From: Candidatus Latescibacterota bacterium
Lineage (GTDB): Bacteria > Latescibacterota > UBA2968 > UBA8231
Assembly: GCA_965261395.1 (NCBI GenBank)
Contig: OZ253462.1
Location: forward strand, 6,432,001 to 6,496,000
Direction of reading: 5' to 3'
DNA length: 64,000 bases
A program made the position numbers and the translations under genes. Shown here piece after piece: positions 63,884-64,000 of the stretch. Within the stretch, counting starts at the first letter, position 1. Each line of letters begins with the position of its first letter. Below the pieces are notes generated by a model that did no database searches, was not told where the DNA came from, and saw nothing but the letters and a program-made list of their open reading frames with translations.

Positions 63884-64000
63884 TCACGGCGCATCCGATG
63901 AGCTGGCTTTTTCCAATTCGGGCAGCAGCACGTACTTGACCCAACCAAAACCTGGATTGATTTCAAGCGCTTTTTCAAAGGCTGCTCGCGCCAATTCCAA
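63884..64000 (-). CDS. C-terminal end of a TPR-containing protein (starts beyond the window)
   Basis: Read by hand: LELARAAFEKALEINPGFGWVKYVLLPELEKASSSDAP-stop. Confidence 0.6.
   Translation of the reverse strand: MELARAAFEKALEINPGFGWVKYVLLPELEKASSSDAP

Overview
GC-rich bacterial chromosome window with no rRNA, tRNA, CRISPR array, integrase or transposase recognisable. The gene repertoire (FlgD-like C-termini, many CRTAC1/ASPIC-UnbV and TPR proteins, DUF6785-like transporters, a TWGxIK C-terminal motif) suggests a Latescibacterota-like or Poribacteria-like organism (inference only). Housekeeping genes include cysH (APS reductase type), murD, argC, tatD, dut, gltX, a DEAD-box helicase, Wza/Wzz-like export genes and a xanthine-dehydrogenase-family Mo-hydroxylase operon. 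Main highlights: (1) Two selenoprotein genes that the ORF track splits at an in-frame UGA, each followed by a SECIS-like hairpin. One is an ArsC/Spx-like UxxC redoxin directly behind cysH (1662-2012). The other is a DUF5069-like protein (9847-10113) coupled between a divergent kinase-like gene and an FNR-type flavoreductase. (2) A lower-GC Menshen-like anti-phage triplet (DUF262, DUF3696 ATPase, RelE-like effector) at 2025-5366. (3) A large, apparently uncharacterised envelope system at about 26-61 kb: four paralogous secreted proteins with a shared core and FlgD-like tail, a Ca-repeat putative outer-membrane protein, two DUF6785-like transporters, two CBM9-like proteins, a lipoprotein, a PpiC foldase and CRTAC1/TPR proteins, interleaved with sugar-acid catabolic enzymes and a PL4 lyase. 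(4) A 106-bp MITE with a TTAA target duplication whose removal would fuse two genes in frame, a GTAG-type REP palindrome, and a tandem gene pair with constant N-termini and variable C-termini. All family assignments come from motifs read by eye; no database search was run.
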